Assembly (NCBI GenBank): GCA_937900875.1
Contig: CALCGD010000249.1
Span: 9,977 to 73,976, forward strand
Direction: 5' to 3'
Source: an uncultured Flavobacteriales bacterium
GTDB taxonomy: Bacteria > Bacteroidota > Bacteroidia > UBA10329
DNA: 64,000 nt
Below the pieces are notes generated by a model. It saw nothing but the letters and a program-made list of their open reading frames with translations. It did not search any database and was not told where the DNA came from. Positions 1-10,822 of the stretch are shown in pieces. Within the stretch, counting starts at the first letter, position 1. Every line of letters begins with the position of its first letter. Position numbers and translations under genes: made by a program.

Positions 1-118
1 GAATCTGAATATCTGAGCACGGAATCTTATCTGATTCGCGTGCGCTGAACGCCAAAGAGATAAACAGCCCAACAACGGCAACAACGAGGAATGATATGTT
101 TAGAATCTTCCTAATCAT
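1..118 (-). CDS. ftsQ: cell division protein FtsQ, N-terminal part only (gene runs off the window start)
   Basis: Minus-strand ATG at 118..116 overlaps the murC stop (ATGA). Translation is MIRKILNISFLVVAVVGLFISLAFSARESDKIPCSDIQI: a short cytoplasmic N-terminus followed by one TM helix, typical of FtsQ. It occupies the expected position after murC in the dcw order. Too short to appear in the ORF track. Confidence 0.5.
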   Translation of the reverse strand, partial: MIRKILNISFLVVAVVGLFISLAFSARESDKIPCSDIQI

Positions 119-1479
119 AATCCAAGTTTGTGTTTGATTGGTGCAACTAATTGGTCGATATCGCCAGCGCCCATGGTCAGCAGCACGTCTACATTATCTA
201 TAGAAATGTCTTCAACAGCCGCAGTTTTGGAAACCAATTCTTTGGATGGAGCGTTGATTTGGCTGAGTAGAACAGAGGAAGTGATTCCAGGCATTGGTTC
301 TTCTCTAGCTGGATAGATGTCTAGCAGAGTCACTTCGTCTAGTTCGCTTAAGCTTGAAGCGAATTCGGTCATGTGATCTTTGGTGCGGCTAAACAAGTGT
401 GGCTGAAAAATGCCTTTCACTTTACGTCCAGGAAAAAGTTCTCGAACAGAGTTTACGCAAGCAGAAATTTCTGTTGGATGATGCGCGTAGTCGTCAATGT
501 ATACGAGTTTATCTGTGTTGATGTGAACGTCAAATCTGCGTTTAACACCCTTGTATGAAGCAAAACCATTTCTGATTTCAGCATCTGATAACCCAAGTTG
601 GTCTACCGCTGCGAAAGCTGCTACAGCATTTTCAAGGTTATGCATTCCAGGCATTCCGAAAGTCAAATCGCTAATGGTTCGGGTAGGTGCGTGCATGCTG
701 AAAGTATACTTCCCGTCCACCACAGATAAATTGGAAGCGTGGTAATCGCTTTTTTCTTGTAGGGAGTAGGTGAAACTCTTTCTAGATGTGTCTGAGAAAG
801 GAAGCCCAGCGCGATATATGAGCGTTCCGTTTTCGGAGATACAGTTTGTGAAATCATGAAAGGATTTCAGCATTTCATCTGCCGATCCGTAAATGTCCAA
901 GTGATCTGCATCTACAGATGTTACGATGGCAATATTTGGAGTAAGCGTAAGGAAAGAACGGTCAAATTCATCCGCTTCAACCACCATCAGGTTGCTACTT
1001 GTGGAAGTGAGTAAGTTGGTGTTGTAATTTGATGAAATGCCACCTAAGAATGCGTTGCAGTCTTGCGATGATGACTTAAGCAAATGAGCTACGATAGAAC
1101 TGGTGGTTGTTTTACCATGCGTACCAGCAACTGCTACTGTATTGTAGCTTCTGGAAAGAGCGCCCAAAACTTCTGATCGCTTAAGAACCTCGAATTTGTT
1201 TGCTTGAAAATAGGCTAGCTCATTAAGTGCTTTAACCGCTGGTGTGTAAATAACAAGCGTGTTTTCAGGGTTTTTGAAAGTATCAGAAATTTCAACCGTA
1301 CTGTCGCTATAATGAATGTTAATGCCAGATGATTCTAACTCTTTGGTAAGCTCCGTTTGGGTACGGTCGTAGCCTGCCACTGCCTTGCCTTGTACGGCAA
1401 AGTAGCGCGCCAAAGCGCTCATGCCGATGCCACCAATGCCAATTAGGTAAACAGCTTGTATGTGTCCTAAATCTCTCAT
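115..1479 (-). CDS. murC: UDP-N-acetylmuramate--L-alanine ligase
   Basis: 454 aa; N-terminal GIGGIGMSALA nucleotide-binding motif and Mur ligase central GTHGKTTTS P-loop; position in the dcw cluster. Confidence 0.92.
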   Translation of the reverse strand: MRDLGHIQAVYLIGIGGIGMSALARYFAVQGKAVAGYDRTQTELTKELESSGINIHYSDSTVEISDTFKNPENTLVIYTPAVKALNELAYFQANKFEVLKRSEVLGALSRSYNTVAVAGTHGKTTTSSIVAHLLKSSSQDCNAFLGGISSNYNTNLLTSTSSNLMVVEADEFDRSFLTLTPNIAIVTSVDADHLDIYGSADEMLKSFHDFTNCISENGTLIYRAGLPFSDTSRKSFTYSLQEKSDYHASNLSVVDGKYTFSMHAPTRTISDLTFGMPGMHNLENAVAAFAAVDQLGLSDAEIRNGFASYKGVKRRFDVHINTDKLVYIDDYAHHPTEISACVNSVRELFPGRKVKGIFQPHLFSRTKDHMTEFASSLSELDEVTLLDIYPAREEPMPGITSSVLLSQINAPSKELVSKTAAVEDISIDNVDVLLTMGAGDIDQLVAPIKHKLGL

Positions 1480-2606
1480 GCTACTTTGGCGAGTTTTAGG
1501 ATTTCCTGCGCGATTTCCGCATCGGCATTGGGTAACGCAAGCGTCTTAATATTGGTGCTTAGAGTTGCCCTTTTTTCATCGTTTGACAGAAGGTTTAAGG
1601 CCTCTTCACAGGCTTTTGAACCAGCTTCTTTGTCAGTCACAAGTATTGCTGCGTTTACATCAACCAATGCTTGTGCATTTTTAGTTTGATGGTCTTCGGC
1701 TGCAAAAGGAAATGGCACTAGAACGGCAGGTTTGCCTACAATACATAATTCTGAAATAGAACTAGCCCCAGCCCGCGACAGCACGACATCTGCCACGGCA
1801 TAGGCTTGGTCCATTGTGTAGATGAAGTCAGACACGTAGAAGTTTGAAGCATTCGCTTCCGCAACCGCCTTTTTTGCTTCGTCAATAAAAAGCTTTCCTG
1901 TTTGCCAAACTACCTGCACATTGGCATCCATAAAGGTATTGATGTTGGCTTTTAAAGCCAAGTTCATGGATCTCGCTCCTAGACTTCCGCCAATTACTAG
2001 AAGCGTCTTTTTAGTTGGGTCAAGCTTGAAGGTCTTCATTCCTTCATCGCGCTTTCCATTCAAATTCAGAATGTCTTGTCTCACAGGGTTTCCAGTTCGA
2101 AGAATGTTCTGACTAGGGAAAAACTTGTCCATGCCATCGTATGCGACACACACTTTCTTAGCTCTAGCTCCCAATATTTTATTGGTAATGCCAGCGTATG
2201 AGTTTTGTTCTTGAATTACGGTTGGAATACCAGCAAGTCCAGCCGCGTACATAACAGGGCCGCTTGCAAAGCCACCAACACCAACCACCACATTTGGTTT
2301 GAATGACCGGATGATTTTGCCAGATTTCAGCAAGCTTCCAATCAAACGGAATGGAAAGGCCAAATTCTTGAGCATATTACTGCGGTTTATGCCTGAAATA
2401 TTGAGCCCAATAATTTCATAGCCAGCAGCAGGAACTTTTTCCATTTCCATTTTACCGATTGCGCCAACAAACAGAATTTCAATGTCTGACTGAATATTCT
2501 TCAGTGCGTTTGCAATAGCAATGGCTGGAAAGATGTGTCCACCAGTTCCGCCTCCAGATATGATAACCTTAACCTTAGACATGAGCGACTTCAGGTTTAG
2601 GTCCAT
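1476..2606 (-). CDS. murG: undecaprenyldiphospho-muramoylpentapeptide beta-N-acetylglucosaminyltransferase
   Basis: 376 aa; ISGGGTGGHIFPAIAIA N-terminal motif typical of MurG (GT28); dcw position. The true start may be the internal Met (MSKVKV), which shortens the overlap with ftsW. Confidence 0.9.
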   Translation of the reverse strand: MDLNLKSLMSKVKVIISGGGTGGHIFPAIAIANALKNIQSDIEILFVGAIGKMEMEKVPAAGYEIIGLNISGINRSNMLKNLAFPFRLIGSLLKSGKIIRSFKPNVVVGVGGFASGPVMYAAGLAGIPTVIQEQNSYAGITNKILGARAKKVCVAYDGMDKFFPSQNILRTGNPVRQDILNLNGKRDEGMKTFKLDPTKKTLLVIGGSLGARSMNLALKANINTFMDANVQVVWQTGKLFIDEAKKAVAEANASNFYVSDFIYTMDQAYAVADVVLSRAGASSISELCIVGKPAVLVPFPFAAEDHQTKNAQALVDVNAAILVTDKEAGSKACEEALNLLSNDEKRATLSTNIKTLALPNADAEIAQEILKLAKVA

Positions 2607-3750
2607 CTTTTAGCGAGCGACTTACGCTCAAAATCATTCCAATGGCGATGGAGGTGAACCAAATAGAGGTTCCTCCCATACTTAATAGTGGTAGCGGCTG
2701 ACCAGTTACAGGAAACAAGTTGACAGCAACGGCCATGTTTATGAATGCCTGAAAAATAAGGCTGAACATGCAGCCAAATGCCAATAATGTACCAAAGGGC
2801 GATGTGCCTTTGTGAACGATTCGCAGTCCGCGAAAGAGGAGAATGAGGTAGAGAAACAGGATTCCGAATCCTCCCACCATTCCCCATTCTTCTATGATTA
2901 TGGCGTAAATAAAATCTGCGTACGCACTCGGCAATCGATTTCGCTGAACACTATTTCCGGGTCCAACACCGGTGATTCCGCCTTGCGCTATGGCAATTTT
3001 TGCTTGCTCCGTTTGGTAGTTAGCGTCTGCGGTTTCAGCAGTTTCTTCATTATTAAAATAGGTTTCGATACGGGCTTTCCAGGTGCCAAAACGAGGTAGT
3101 ACTTTTTCTATGGGAACGGCATATGAAAGCAAGAACACGAAGGCTCCTGCCAGAATAATGCTTCCAACCAAACCAGTGATGTACAACAGCTTGACTCTCC
3201 CAATAAATAGGACAACCAATGAGGTTGCAAATAGAACCGCAGATGTGGAGAAGTTGGCGGGCAAAATAAGGGCGCAGACTAATAGTACTGGCCAAATGAG
3301 ATGCAAGAATCCGTCTTTAAAATCAGACATTGAATCTTGTCTTTTTGATAACTGCCGAGCCAGATATGCGATAAGTGCAAGTTTGGCTAAATCGGAAGTT
3401 TGGAACGACATATTAATGATTGGTACCGTGAGCCATCTAGAAGCTTGGTTTACGGACGTGCCAGAAATAAGGGTAATTGCAAGGAGAGGTATGGATACCC
3501 AAATAAGTATTTGGGCTATCCTAGAAAAATAGGTGTAAGGCACTTTATGTACGGTATAAATAATACCCCAACCCATCAAAATGATAGCCATGTGCTTCAT
3601 TAGATAGAACTCGGTATTGCCGCCTTGTTTGGCGTAAGCCAGATTGTTGGTTGCGCTGTATACCGCCATCATAGAAACGAGCGATAGCAAGAATACCACG
3701 GCCCAAATGACCATGTCTCCTTGTAGATATTTGCGCACCAATTGGTTCAC
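2575..3750 (-). CDS. ftsW: SEDS-family peptidoglycan glycosyltransferase FtsW
   Basis: 391 aa polytopic membrane protein of the FtsW/RodA family; located between murD and murG. Confidence 0.88.
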   Translation of the reverse strand: MNQLVRKYLQGDMVIWAVVFLLSLVSMMAVYSATNNLAYAKQGGNTEFYLMKHMAIILMGWGIIYTVHKVPYTYFSRIAQILIWVSIPLLAITLISGTSVNQASRWLTVPIINMSFQTSDLAKLALIAYLARQLSKRQDSMSDFKDGFLHLIWPVLLVCALILPANFSTSAVLFATSLVVLFIGRVKLLYITGLVGSIILAGAFVFLLSYAVPIEKVLPRFGTWKARIETYFNNEETAETADANYQTEQAKIAIAQGGITGVGPGNSVQRNRLPSAYADFIYAIIIEEWGMVGGFGILFLYLILLFRGLRIVHKGTSPFGTLLAFGCMFSLIFQAFINMAVAVNLFPVTGQPLPLLSMGGTSIWFTSIAIGMILSVSRSLKDGPKPEVAHV

Positions 3751-3751
3751 C

Positions 3752-4297
3752 TTATTTTTTGTCTAGTAGGTTTTTAACTGCCTTTGTAAACTGGTTTCCT
3801 CGGTCTTCGTAGCTCTCGAATAAATCGTGGCTAGAGCAAGCTGGGGAAAGAATGACTTTGTCTCCTGGTTGAGCAAGAGCGATGGCCGCTTTAACAGCTT
3901 CTTCTGCGGTACTAGCCCCAACAATTACATCAGCAAAACTCATGAAGGTTTTAAACACGCTGCTATTCTCTCTGCCTAGGCAAACGATGCCTCTCACTTT
4001 ATCTGCAACCAATTCTTTCAGCATTCCGTAGTCCTGTCCGTCTTGTAATCCGCCTACTATCCAAACTGCAGTTCCTTGCAGCCTTTCTAGCGAATACCAA
4101 GTGAGGTCAACGTTGATGGCTTTAGAGTCATTGATAAATTCAATGTTGTTCCATTCGCCAATTAGCTCTTGACGATGTCTGGTGCTTTGCACATCAGACA
4201 CACTTTCTTCAAGAATTTGCTTTCTTAACTCCAACAGGCTATTGAACATTTTCTGTTCTTCGGTCTGCACCTCGTTATTCCAAGTTTTATTTTTCAT
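3752..4297 (-). CDS. stand-alone Mur-ligase C-terminal domain protein (diverged tandem partial copy of the murD 3' end)
   Basis: 181-aa ORF that aligns colinearly with the last ~160 residues of the adjacent MurD (4317..5651). Examples: FINDSKAINVDLTWYSLE vs FINDSKATNINSTWYALE; VWIVGG; SAEEAVKAA; LSPACSSHDLFESYEDRG vs LSPACASFDLFENYEDRG. Roughly half of aligned residues are identical by eye. Intact reading frame with its own start. Confidence 0.5.
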   Translation of the reverse strand: MKNKTWNNEVQTEEQKMFNSLLELRKQILEESVSDVQSTRHRQELIGEWNNIEFINDSKAINVDLTWYSLERLQGTAVWIVGGLQDGQDYGMLKELVADKVRGIVCLGRENSSVFKTFMSFADVIVGASTAEEAVKAAIALAQPGDKVILSPACSSHDLFESYEDRGNQFTKAVKNLLDKK

Positions 4298-4316
4298 TGG
4301 GTAATAGGTTTATGGT

Positions 4317-5651
4317 TTAAAGCGACTTTACAGCAGCCTTGAATTTTCTACCTCGGTCTTCATAATTCTCAAACAGGTCGAAGCTTGCACACGCAGGTGA
4401 AAGCAGGACGGCATCTCCTTTCTTTCCTATGTAGTAAGCTGCTTTTACGGCCTCTTCCGCACTCGATGTGTCCACTATTGTCTCAACTATGCCTTCAAAG
4501 GCTTTGTGGATTTTTTCGTTGTCGGTGCCTAAGCAGATAATCGCCTTCACTTTGTCTTTTACCAAATCGGCCACAATGGAGTAGTCATTTCCTTTATCAA
4601 CCCCACCTACAATCCAAACCACAGGCTGGTTTTGGCATTCTAGCGCATACCAAGTGGAGTTAATATTTGTGGCTTTGCTATCGTTAATGAAATCGATGCC
4701 ATGAACTTTTCCGATGTTTTCTAATCGGTGCTCAACGGCACTAAAATCGCTTAAGCTTTCTCTTACGAGGTCTTTGCGCAGTTCTAACAATCGACCAACA
4801 ATTCCAGATGCCATAGAATTGTATGTGTTGTGTTTGCCCTGCAGTGCTAGTTTGTGAATGGACATGTTGAAGTTTGTGTTATTGAGGTTTATGTTGAGAT
4901 TATTTTGGTCTGTGTAGGCTCCCTCTGCTACAGTATCGGTAAGTGAGAAAGGATATTTTTTGGCAGCATAGCCACCTGAATTGAGTGCATTTTTGATGTT
5001 TTCATCTTCTGCACAAAAGATGAGTGCATCGTCTGAAGTTTGGTTTTGAGCAATGCGCATTTTAGATGCGATGTAGGCATCCATTCCAGCGTATCGATCA
5101 AGATGATCAGGTGTGATATTGAGAAGTACAGCAATGTTTATTCTGCTGTCAATCATTCCGTCAAGCTGAAAACTGCTTAGCTCTAAAACCAGATAGTCGA
5201 ACTCTTGATCGGCCACTTGCCAAGCAAGGCTTTTACCCACATTGCCAGCTAACCCAACGTTTAGCCCTGCTTTGGTAAGCATGTGATGAGTAAGTAGCGT
5301 AGTTGTAGTCTTACCGTTTGTGCCTGTTATTCCTATAGTTTTAGCGTTGGTGTACTTCAGCCCAAATTCGATTTCAGAAACAACAGGAACACCTTTTCCG
5401 CGAAGCGATTGAACGAGCGGAGCAGATTCAGGAATTCCTGGACTTTTAATAACCAAATCTGCATTCAGAATTTTCTCTTCTGTATGCTTGCCTTCCTCAT
5501 AGTCAATCTTCCAATTTTCTAGGTTTTTGGCATACTTGTCCTTCAGCTTTCCTTTGTCAGAAAGGAAAACATCATATCCCTTTTTCAGACCCAGATAAGC
5601 TGCGCCCGTACCGCTTTCGCCTCCACCCAATATGACCAGTCTTTCTGCCAT
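4317..5651 (-). CDS. murD: UDP-N-acetylmuramoylalanine--D-glutamate ligase
   Basis: 444 aa; N-terminal ILGGGESGTGAAYLGLKKGYDVFLSD Rossmann motif, [10 protein letters not shown]-loop and Mur ligase C-terminal domain; dcw position. Confidence 0.92.
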   Translation of the reverse strand: MAERLVILGGGESGTGAAYLGLKKGYDVFLSDKGKLKDKYAKNLENWKIDYEEGKHTEEKILNADLVIKSPGIPESAPLVQSLRGKGVPVVSEIEFGLKYTNAKTIGITGTNGKTTTTLLTHHMLTKAGLNVGLAGNVGKSLAWQVADQEFDYLVLELSSFQLDGMIDSRINIAVLLNITPDHLDRYAGMDAYIASKMRIAQNQTSDDALIFCAEDENIKNALNSGGYAAKKYPFSLTDTVAEGAYTDQNNLNINLNNTNFNMSIHKLALQGKHNTYNSMASGIVGRLLELRKDLVRESLSDFSAVEHRLENIGKVHGIDFINDSKATNINSTWYALECQNQPVVWIVGGVDKGNDYSIVADLVKDKVKAIICLGTDNEKIHKAFEGIVETIVDTSSAEEAVKAAYYIGKKGDAVLLSPACASFDLFENYEDRGRKFKAAVKSL

Positions 5652-6901
5652 TATCTGAGTTTGAGCGTTACAATTGTGAGCACGGCTAGCATTAATCCTA
5701 CAATCCAGAAGCGACCAACAATTTTGGCCTCATGCATTCCTTTTTTCTGGAAATGATGATGTAGCGGAGACATTAGGAAAATTCTTCTTCCTTCTCCGAA
5801 TTTCTTCTTGGTGTATTTGAAATAGCTAACCTGCATTACAACAGATAGATTTTCCATTAGGAATACACCACACAGAATAGGTATGAGTAATTCTTTACGA
5901 ATTGCAAGTGCGAAAACTGCGATAATTCCACCCAAAGCGAGGCTACCCGTGTCGCCCATAAACACTTGAGCAGGGTACTGATTGTACCACAAGAACCCCA
6001 CGCAAGCACCGATAAAAGCGGATATAAAAACCACCAGTTCGCCCGAACCTGGGATGTACATTATATTGAGGTAATCGGCAAAAATGATATTGCCCGATAC
6101 ATAAGCAAACACGGCAAGGGTAACGCCAATAATGGCAGAAGTTCCAGTTGCTAATCCGTCTAATCCATCCGTAAGATTTGCCCCGTTGGACACAGCTGTT
6201 ACAATGAAAATGACGATGGGAATAAAGATTAACCAACTCCAATCTTTGGCATTGTCTCCAAGGAAACCCAAGAGTGAACTGTAGTCAAATTCGTTATTCT
6301 TGAAGAAAGGAATAGTAGTAACCAGTGAATGTTCCGCTTCGCCATAAACAGGGGTTGTCTGACCTGTAACTGTTCTGCCATCTACCACCGCTTCTATAGT
6401 GGTTCCTCCGCTTGCCAGTCGTTCTTTAACCGCTACGTTTTCATTGAAGTATAGGGTGCACGCTACGATTATACCAATGCCAACTTGTCCCATTACCTTG
6501 AACTTTCCAGCTAGACCCTCTTTGTCTTTTTTAAAGACCTTGATGTAGTCGTCTATAAAACCAATGGTGCCCAACCAAATGGTCGAAACAATCATGAGAA
6601 TTACATAAACGTTGTGCAGTTGGGCAAATAGAAGGGTAGGTATTAGGATGGAAGAAAGGATGATAATCCCTCCCATTGTTGGTGTTCCTTGCTTCTGAAT
6701 TTGACCTGCCAAGTCTAGGTCTCTTACGATTTCGCCAACCTGCTTTAATTGCAGGTACTCAATTACTTTTTTGCCGATAATCATAGAGCAGATAAGCGAT
6801 GTAATTACGCTAGCTGCAGCACGGAATGAGATGTATTGGAACACTCCTGCGCCTGGCAGGTGATAATGAGTTTCTAAGAAATCGAACAGATAGTATAGCA
6901 T
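5651..6901 (-). CDS. mraY: phospho-N-acetylmuramoyl-pentapeptide transferase
   Basis: 416 aa polytopic membrane protein of the MraY/WecA family (DGLDGLA motif); dcw position. Confidence 0.9.
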   Translation of the reverse strand: MLYYLFDFLETHYHLPGAGVFQYISFRAAASVITSLICSMIIGKKVIEYLQLKQVGEIVRDLDLAGQIQKQGTPTMGGIIILSSILIPTLLFAQLHNVYVILMIVSTIWLGTIGFIDDYIKVFKKDKEGLAGKFKVMGQVGIGIIVACTLYFNENVAVKERLASGGTTIEAVVDGRTVTGQTTPVYGEAEHSLVTTIPFFKNNEFDYSSLLGFLGDNAKDWSWLIFIPIVIFIVTAVSNGANLTDGLDGLATGTSAIIGVTLAVFAYVSGNIIFADYLNIMYIPGSGELVVFISAFIGACVGFLWYNQYPAQVFMGDTGSLALGGIIAVFALAIRKELLIPILCGVFLMENLSVVMQVSYFKYTKKKFGEGRRIFLMSPLHHHFQKKGMHEAKIVGRFWIVGLMLAVLTIVTLKLR

Positions 6902-8361
6902 TAGCAGATCTGTTTTAGGTTGGTAGAAAGCACTTCCATGTCATCAAAAGCGAACTTTTCACCTTTTATCTCTTGGTATTTCTCATGTCCTTTTCCTGCA
7001 ACTAGAATGATGTCACCGGGCTGAACCATTAAGCAAGCTGTGCGGATGGCTTCTGCTCTATCCACGATGCTCACCGCTTTACGCCCAAGCACGGGGTCAA
7101 GCCCTTTTTTCATATCTGCCAGAATTGCTTCTGGTTCTTCGCTTCGAGGATTGTCGGAGGTTAGGATTACCTTATCAGAACCTTCAGCTGCAATACGAGC
7201 CATTTCTGGTCGCTTGGCTTTATCCCTGTCTCCACCACAACCAACTATTGTAATGAGTTTTTCGTTTCCGGTTCTTAATTCGTGTATGGTAGAAAGCACA
7301 TTTTCTAGCGCGTCAGGTGTGTGAGCATAGTCCACAATACCGAGCACGTTATTCTCTGTTTTTATAAACTGAAACCGTCCTTCTGGAGAATGAAGATTAC
7401 TCAGGGTAGTTAGTATCTGAAGCTTCTCTTCCTTAAGCTCGATGGCTGCGCCATAAACGCTTAGAATGTTGTAGGCGTTAAACGAACCAATCAGTCTTGT
7501 GATTACCTCCTGACCGTCAATATTCAGAATGAGTCCAGTTAAGTTGTTTTCCAAGATTTTGGCCTTTCTATCTGCCATGGATTTCAGTCCGTAGCTAATA
7601 ACCTTTGCCTTGGTGTTTTGCACCATTACTTCCCCGTTTCTGTCGTCTAGGTTTACAAGCGCAAATGCGGTTGATGGAAGCTGATCGAACAACATTTTCT
7701 TCGATTTGATGTAATGGTCGAAGTTTCCGTGATAGTCGAGATGATCGTGGGTGATGTTTGTGAAAATGGCACCTGTAAATTCAAGACCTGCTACGCGATG
7801 CTGGTCAAGAGCATGTGAGCTAACCTCCATGAAGCAGAATTCACAACCTGCTTTCACCATTTCGGCTAAAAGGTTGTTGAGACTTATTGGGTCAGGAGTA
7901 GTGTGCGTTGCCTTTACTTCAGTTTCATTAATGAGATTTCTTACGGTAGAAATGAGACCAACTTTGTAGCCCAATCCTTGGAATAATTCGTAAAGAAGAG
8001 TGGCAGTAGTAGTCTTTCCGTTAGTACCCGTAATGCCAATTAACTTTAGGTTTTCCGATGGGTTGTCGTAAAAATTTGAGGCGATAATACCAGCTGCAAA
8101 TCTGCTGTTCTTTACTTGAATGTAGTTGACTTCTGCAATTTGTGCCTCAGGAATTTGTTCGCAAACAATTGCTTGCGACCCTTGCTTAATTGCTTGGTCT
8201 ATGTAATCATGACCATCAACCACATTGCCTCTAACTGCAATAAAAAGAGAGAATTTTTTAGCCTGACGAGAATCAATACAGATGTTTTCAATCGCAACAT
8301 TTGTTGACCCCAAAACCTCATCGATTCCTGCTCTGTATAATATGTCTTTTAGCAGTTTCAT
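6901..8361 (-). CDS. murE: UDP-N-acetylmuramoyl-L-alanyl-D-glutamate--2,6-diaminopimelate ligase
   Basis: 486 aa Mur ligase ([13 protein letters not shown]-loop); dcw position between ftsI and mraY. Confidence 0.9.
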   Translation of the reverse strand: MKLLKDILYRAGIDEVLGSTNVAIENICIDSRQAKKFSLFIAVRGNVVDGHDYIDQAIKQGSQAIVCEQIPEAQIAEVNYIQVKNSRFAAGIIASNFYDNPSENLKLIGITGTNGKTTTATLLYELFQGLGYKVGLISTVRNLINETEVKATHTTPDPISLNNLLAEMVKAGCEFCFMEVSSHALDQHRVAGLEFTGAIFTNITHDHLDYHGNFDHYIKSKKMLFDQLPSTAFALVNLDDRNGEVMVQNTKAKVISYGLKSMADRKAKILENNLTGLILNIDGQEVITRLIGSFNAYNILSVYGAAIELKEEKLQILTTLSNLHSPEGRFQFIKTENNVLGIVDYAHTPDALENVLSTIHELRTGNEKLITIVGCGGDRDKAKRPEMARIAAEGSDKVILTSDNPRSEEPEAILADMKKGLDPVLGRKAVSIVDRAEAIRTACLMVQPGDIILVAGKGHEKYQEIKGEKFAFDDMEVLSTNLKQIC

Positions 8362-10457
8362 AAAAGATGTATTGTGATTTCACGACCAACTGTAGCTCTA
8401 GTGCCAGGGATTATTGATTGCTGCCTAACCACGCCAGACCCTATCATATTTACTTTGAGGCGTGCATTTTCGAGCAAGAACAGCGCGTCCATTGCGCCCA
8501 TTCCAACAACTCTGGGCACCAAATTTTCAATCACTTCTCTCTCTGTTATCTCAACTGAATCTGAGAAGGATTGAGCTACAGCCCATTTTGCATCTGGGTC
8601 TTTCACCTCAACTTGTATGTTTAGTTTCTTGAATGCCGTAACTAAGTCCGCCTTTTCGCTCACTTTAGAAACAGGGATTAAGCTGTTTGCTAATGCTGGG
8701 TCGGTAGTTACTTCTTCGTGCATTTTGATTTGCGTAGAGTAGACCTTATCAGAAATTTCCTTGAAAATTGGGCCGGCTACTAAGTTGCCGTAGTAAACAG
8801 AACTGGTAGGTGAATCGATCACCACAATACAAGTGTATCGAGGTTTCTCTGCTGGGAAATATCCAACGAATGAAGCTTGATACGTCTTGTCTCGTTGGTA
8901 ATTCCCGTCTTTGGCAATCTGAGCCGTTCCTGTCTTACCAGCAATCTTGTAGTTTGCGTGCTTCAAGTTGCTAGCTGTTCCATGGTCAACAACTCCTTCA
9001 AGCAATACTTTCAGATTGTCGATGGTGCTTTGAGAACATATTTTGTCCTGAATGACAACGGTTGGAAATTCCTTTTCGATTTTACCGCGCTTCTTGATGG
9101 CCTGCACCATTTTTGGTTTAACCATTTTGCCATTGTTGGCCACAGCGTTATAAAGCGTCAGAATTTGTAAAGGAGTTTGGAGTACTTCATATCCAATACT
9201 CATCCAAGGCAATGAGATGCCAGACCAAGCAGCGTCATCTGGCGAAGCTATCGATGGCTTTCCCTCTCCTTTGATTTCAAGTCCAAGAGGTTGGTCCAGT
9301 TTCATTGCTTTCAACCTTTTTACAAATTGCGCTGGATTTTCTCTGTAATACTGATTTACCAACTTTGAAATACCAACGTTAGATGAGATTTCAAATGCTT
9401 TGGCCACTGTTATTTTATTGTAAACGCCCGTTTTTGAGTCGCGCATTGTGCGATCGTAGAATTTCTTGATGCCACCTTCTATGTCTACCGAGTCCGTAAG
9501 GTCTACATGACCATCTTCCAGTAGGCAAAGCATGCTTGCCAACTTGAAGGTTGAGCCAGGTTCGGTTGGAGACCCAATTGCGTAATTGTAAGTCTCGGCA
9601 TAGGTTCCATTTTCTTGAACTGTGAGGTTGGCGATGGCCTTAATGTTGCCAGTTTCAACCTCCATTAAGACCGCGCAGCCATGATGGGCTCCATGCTTTT
9701 CTAATTGAGTAAGTAACGCATGTTCGGCAACGTCTTGAATGTTAATATCAATAGTTGTGATAAGGTCAGAACCATCTTCTGGTTCAACTTCATTCACATC
9801 ATTAAGTGGTTTTAGGTTTCCTCCAGCAATTTTTTGCATCAGCCGTTTCCCAACTACACCAGATAGTTCTTTTGAATATGCCCCTTCTAAGCCAACTCGA
9901 TAATCTTCTCTGTCATAGCCAATTGTTCTTGAAGCCAATTGTTTAAATGGTTTGGCTCTTTTGTTTCGCTGATGAATGATTAAGCCACCACCGTATCGCC
10001 CTTTATTGAAAATTTCAAATTCACGGAGCGCCTTAAGTTGTTTGTAGTCAACTTTTCGTTTTATAAGATGGTATTGACTCTCGTTATTCCTGGCCTGCGT
10101 TAATTCTCTTGCATAAACTGTAGATGATTTGTCTTGAAATAGTCTAGCCATCTGCTGCGAAAGCTTGCCAATATGCTCATTGAAATACTCATCGGATAAG
10201 GATGGTATGGCAGCATCCCATCGCACCTCGTAAATAGGTTTTGATGTGGCCAAAAGACTACCGTCTGAAGCGAAAATATTACCTCTAACTGCCTCGATAG
10301 TGATGAAAGAGGTGGTTTGAGTTTCAGCTTTTGATTTCCACTTTTCACCTTCTAAAAACTGAATTTGCGCGACTCTGGCAACAATGGAAAGCGCAAAAAC
10401 GCACATCAAGCCATAGGCTAGATATACTCGTGTTTTTATTTGCTTTTCGTGGCTCAC
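8358..10457 (-). CDS. ftsI: penicillin-binding protein (class B transpeptidase, FtsI/PBP3-like)
   Basis: 699 aa; N-terminal TM anchor, PBP dimerisation domain and transpeptidase motifs (STFK, SSN, KTGT); dcw position. Confidence 0.88.
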   Translation of the reverse strand: MSHEKQIKTRVYLAYGLMCVFALSIVARVAQIQFLEGEKWKSKAETQTTSFITIEAVRGNIFASDGSLLATSKPIYEVRWDAAIPSLSDEYFNEHIGKLSQQMARLFQDKSSTVYARELTQARNNESQYHLIKRKVDYKQLKALREFEIFNKGRYGGGLIIHQRNKRAKPFKQLASRTIGYDREDYRVGLEGAYSKELSGVVGKRLMQKIAGGNLKPLNDVNEVEPEDGSDLITTIDINIQDVAEHALLTQLEKHGAHHGCAVLMEVETGNIKAIANLTVQENGTYAETYNYAIGSPTEPGSTFKLASMLCLLEDGHVDLTDSVDIEGGIKKFYDRTMRDSKTGVYNKITVAKAFEISSNVGISKLVNQYYRENPAQFVKRLKAMKLDQPLGLEIKGEGKPSIASPDDAAWSGISLPWMSIGYEVLQTPLQILTLYNAVANNGKMVKPKMVQAIKKRGKIEKEFPTVVIQDKICSQSTIDNLKVLLEGVVDHGTASNLKHANYKIAGKTGTAQIAKDGNYQRDKTYQASFVGYFPAEKPRYTCIVVIDSPTSSVYYGNLVAGPIFKEISDKVYSTQIKMHEEVTTDPALANSLIPVSKVSEKADLVTAFKKLNIQVEVKDPDAKWAVAQSFSDSVEITEREVIENLVPRVVGMGAMDALFLLENARLKVNMIGSGVVRQQSIIPGTRATVGREITIHLL

Positions 10458-10822
10458 TTTTCAGGTATTGCTTTTGGTTTTACAAGAATTTTCTTTGGCG
10501 GCACAACACTTTCATAGATTCCCATAGGAGCTACCGCTTTTGCCACTTCACTTTGCTTGCTCACAATCATGAGTTCGGAACGTGTTGAAATGAACTCTGA
10601 GCGAAGCTCCTTTAGCTCATTATTCAGCTTTTCCATTCCAATTATTCCTCCTTCTGCGTAATGGCTGTTGCCTATGTAGAAAATGCCAATTCCAAACAGA
10701 AAGAGGAGGTATGGGATGTTGTTTATTACATTATCCCGCGTTAAGAAACTCCCGTCTAGCACGGAAAGCACTCGTTTCGCAACTCCGTTACTTTGGGTGG
10801 TATTTGTGGATTCCTCGCTCAT
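10454..10822 (-). CDS. ftsL: FtsL-like cell division protein (small bitopic membrane protein)
   Basis: 122 aa with a single TM helix and a coiled-coil-like tail; lies between rsmH and ftsI as in Bacteroidota dcw clusters. Confidence 0.6.
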   Translation of the reverse strand: MSEESTNTTQSNGVAKRVLSVLDGSFLTRDNVINNIPYLLFLFGIGIFYIGNSHYAEGGIIGMEKLNNELKELRSEFISTRSELMIVSKQSEVAKAVAPMGIYESVVPPKKILVKPKAIPEK

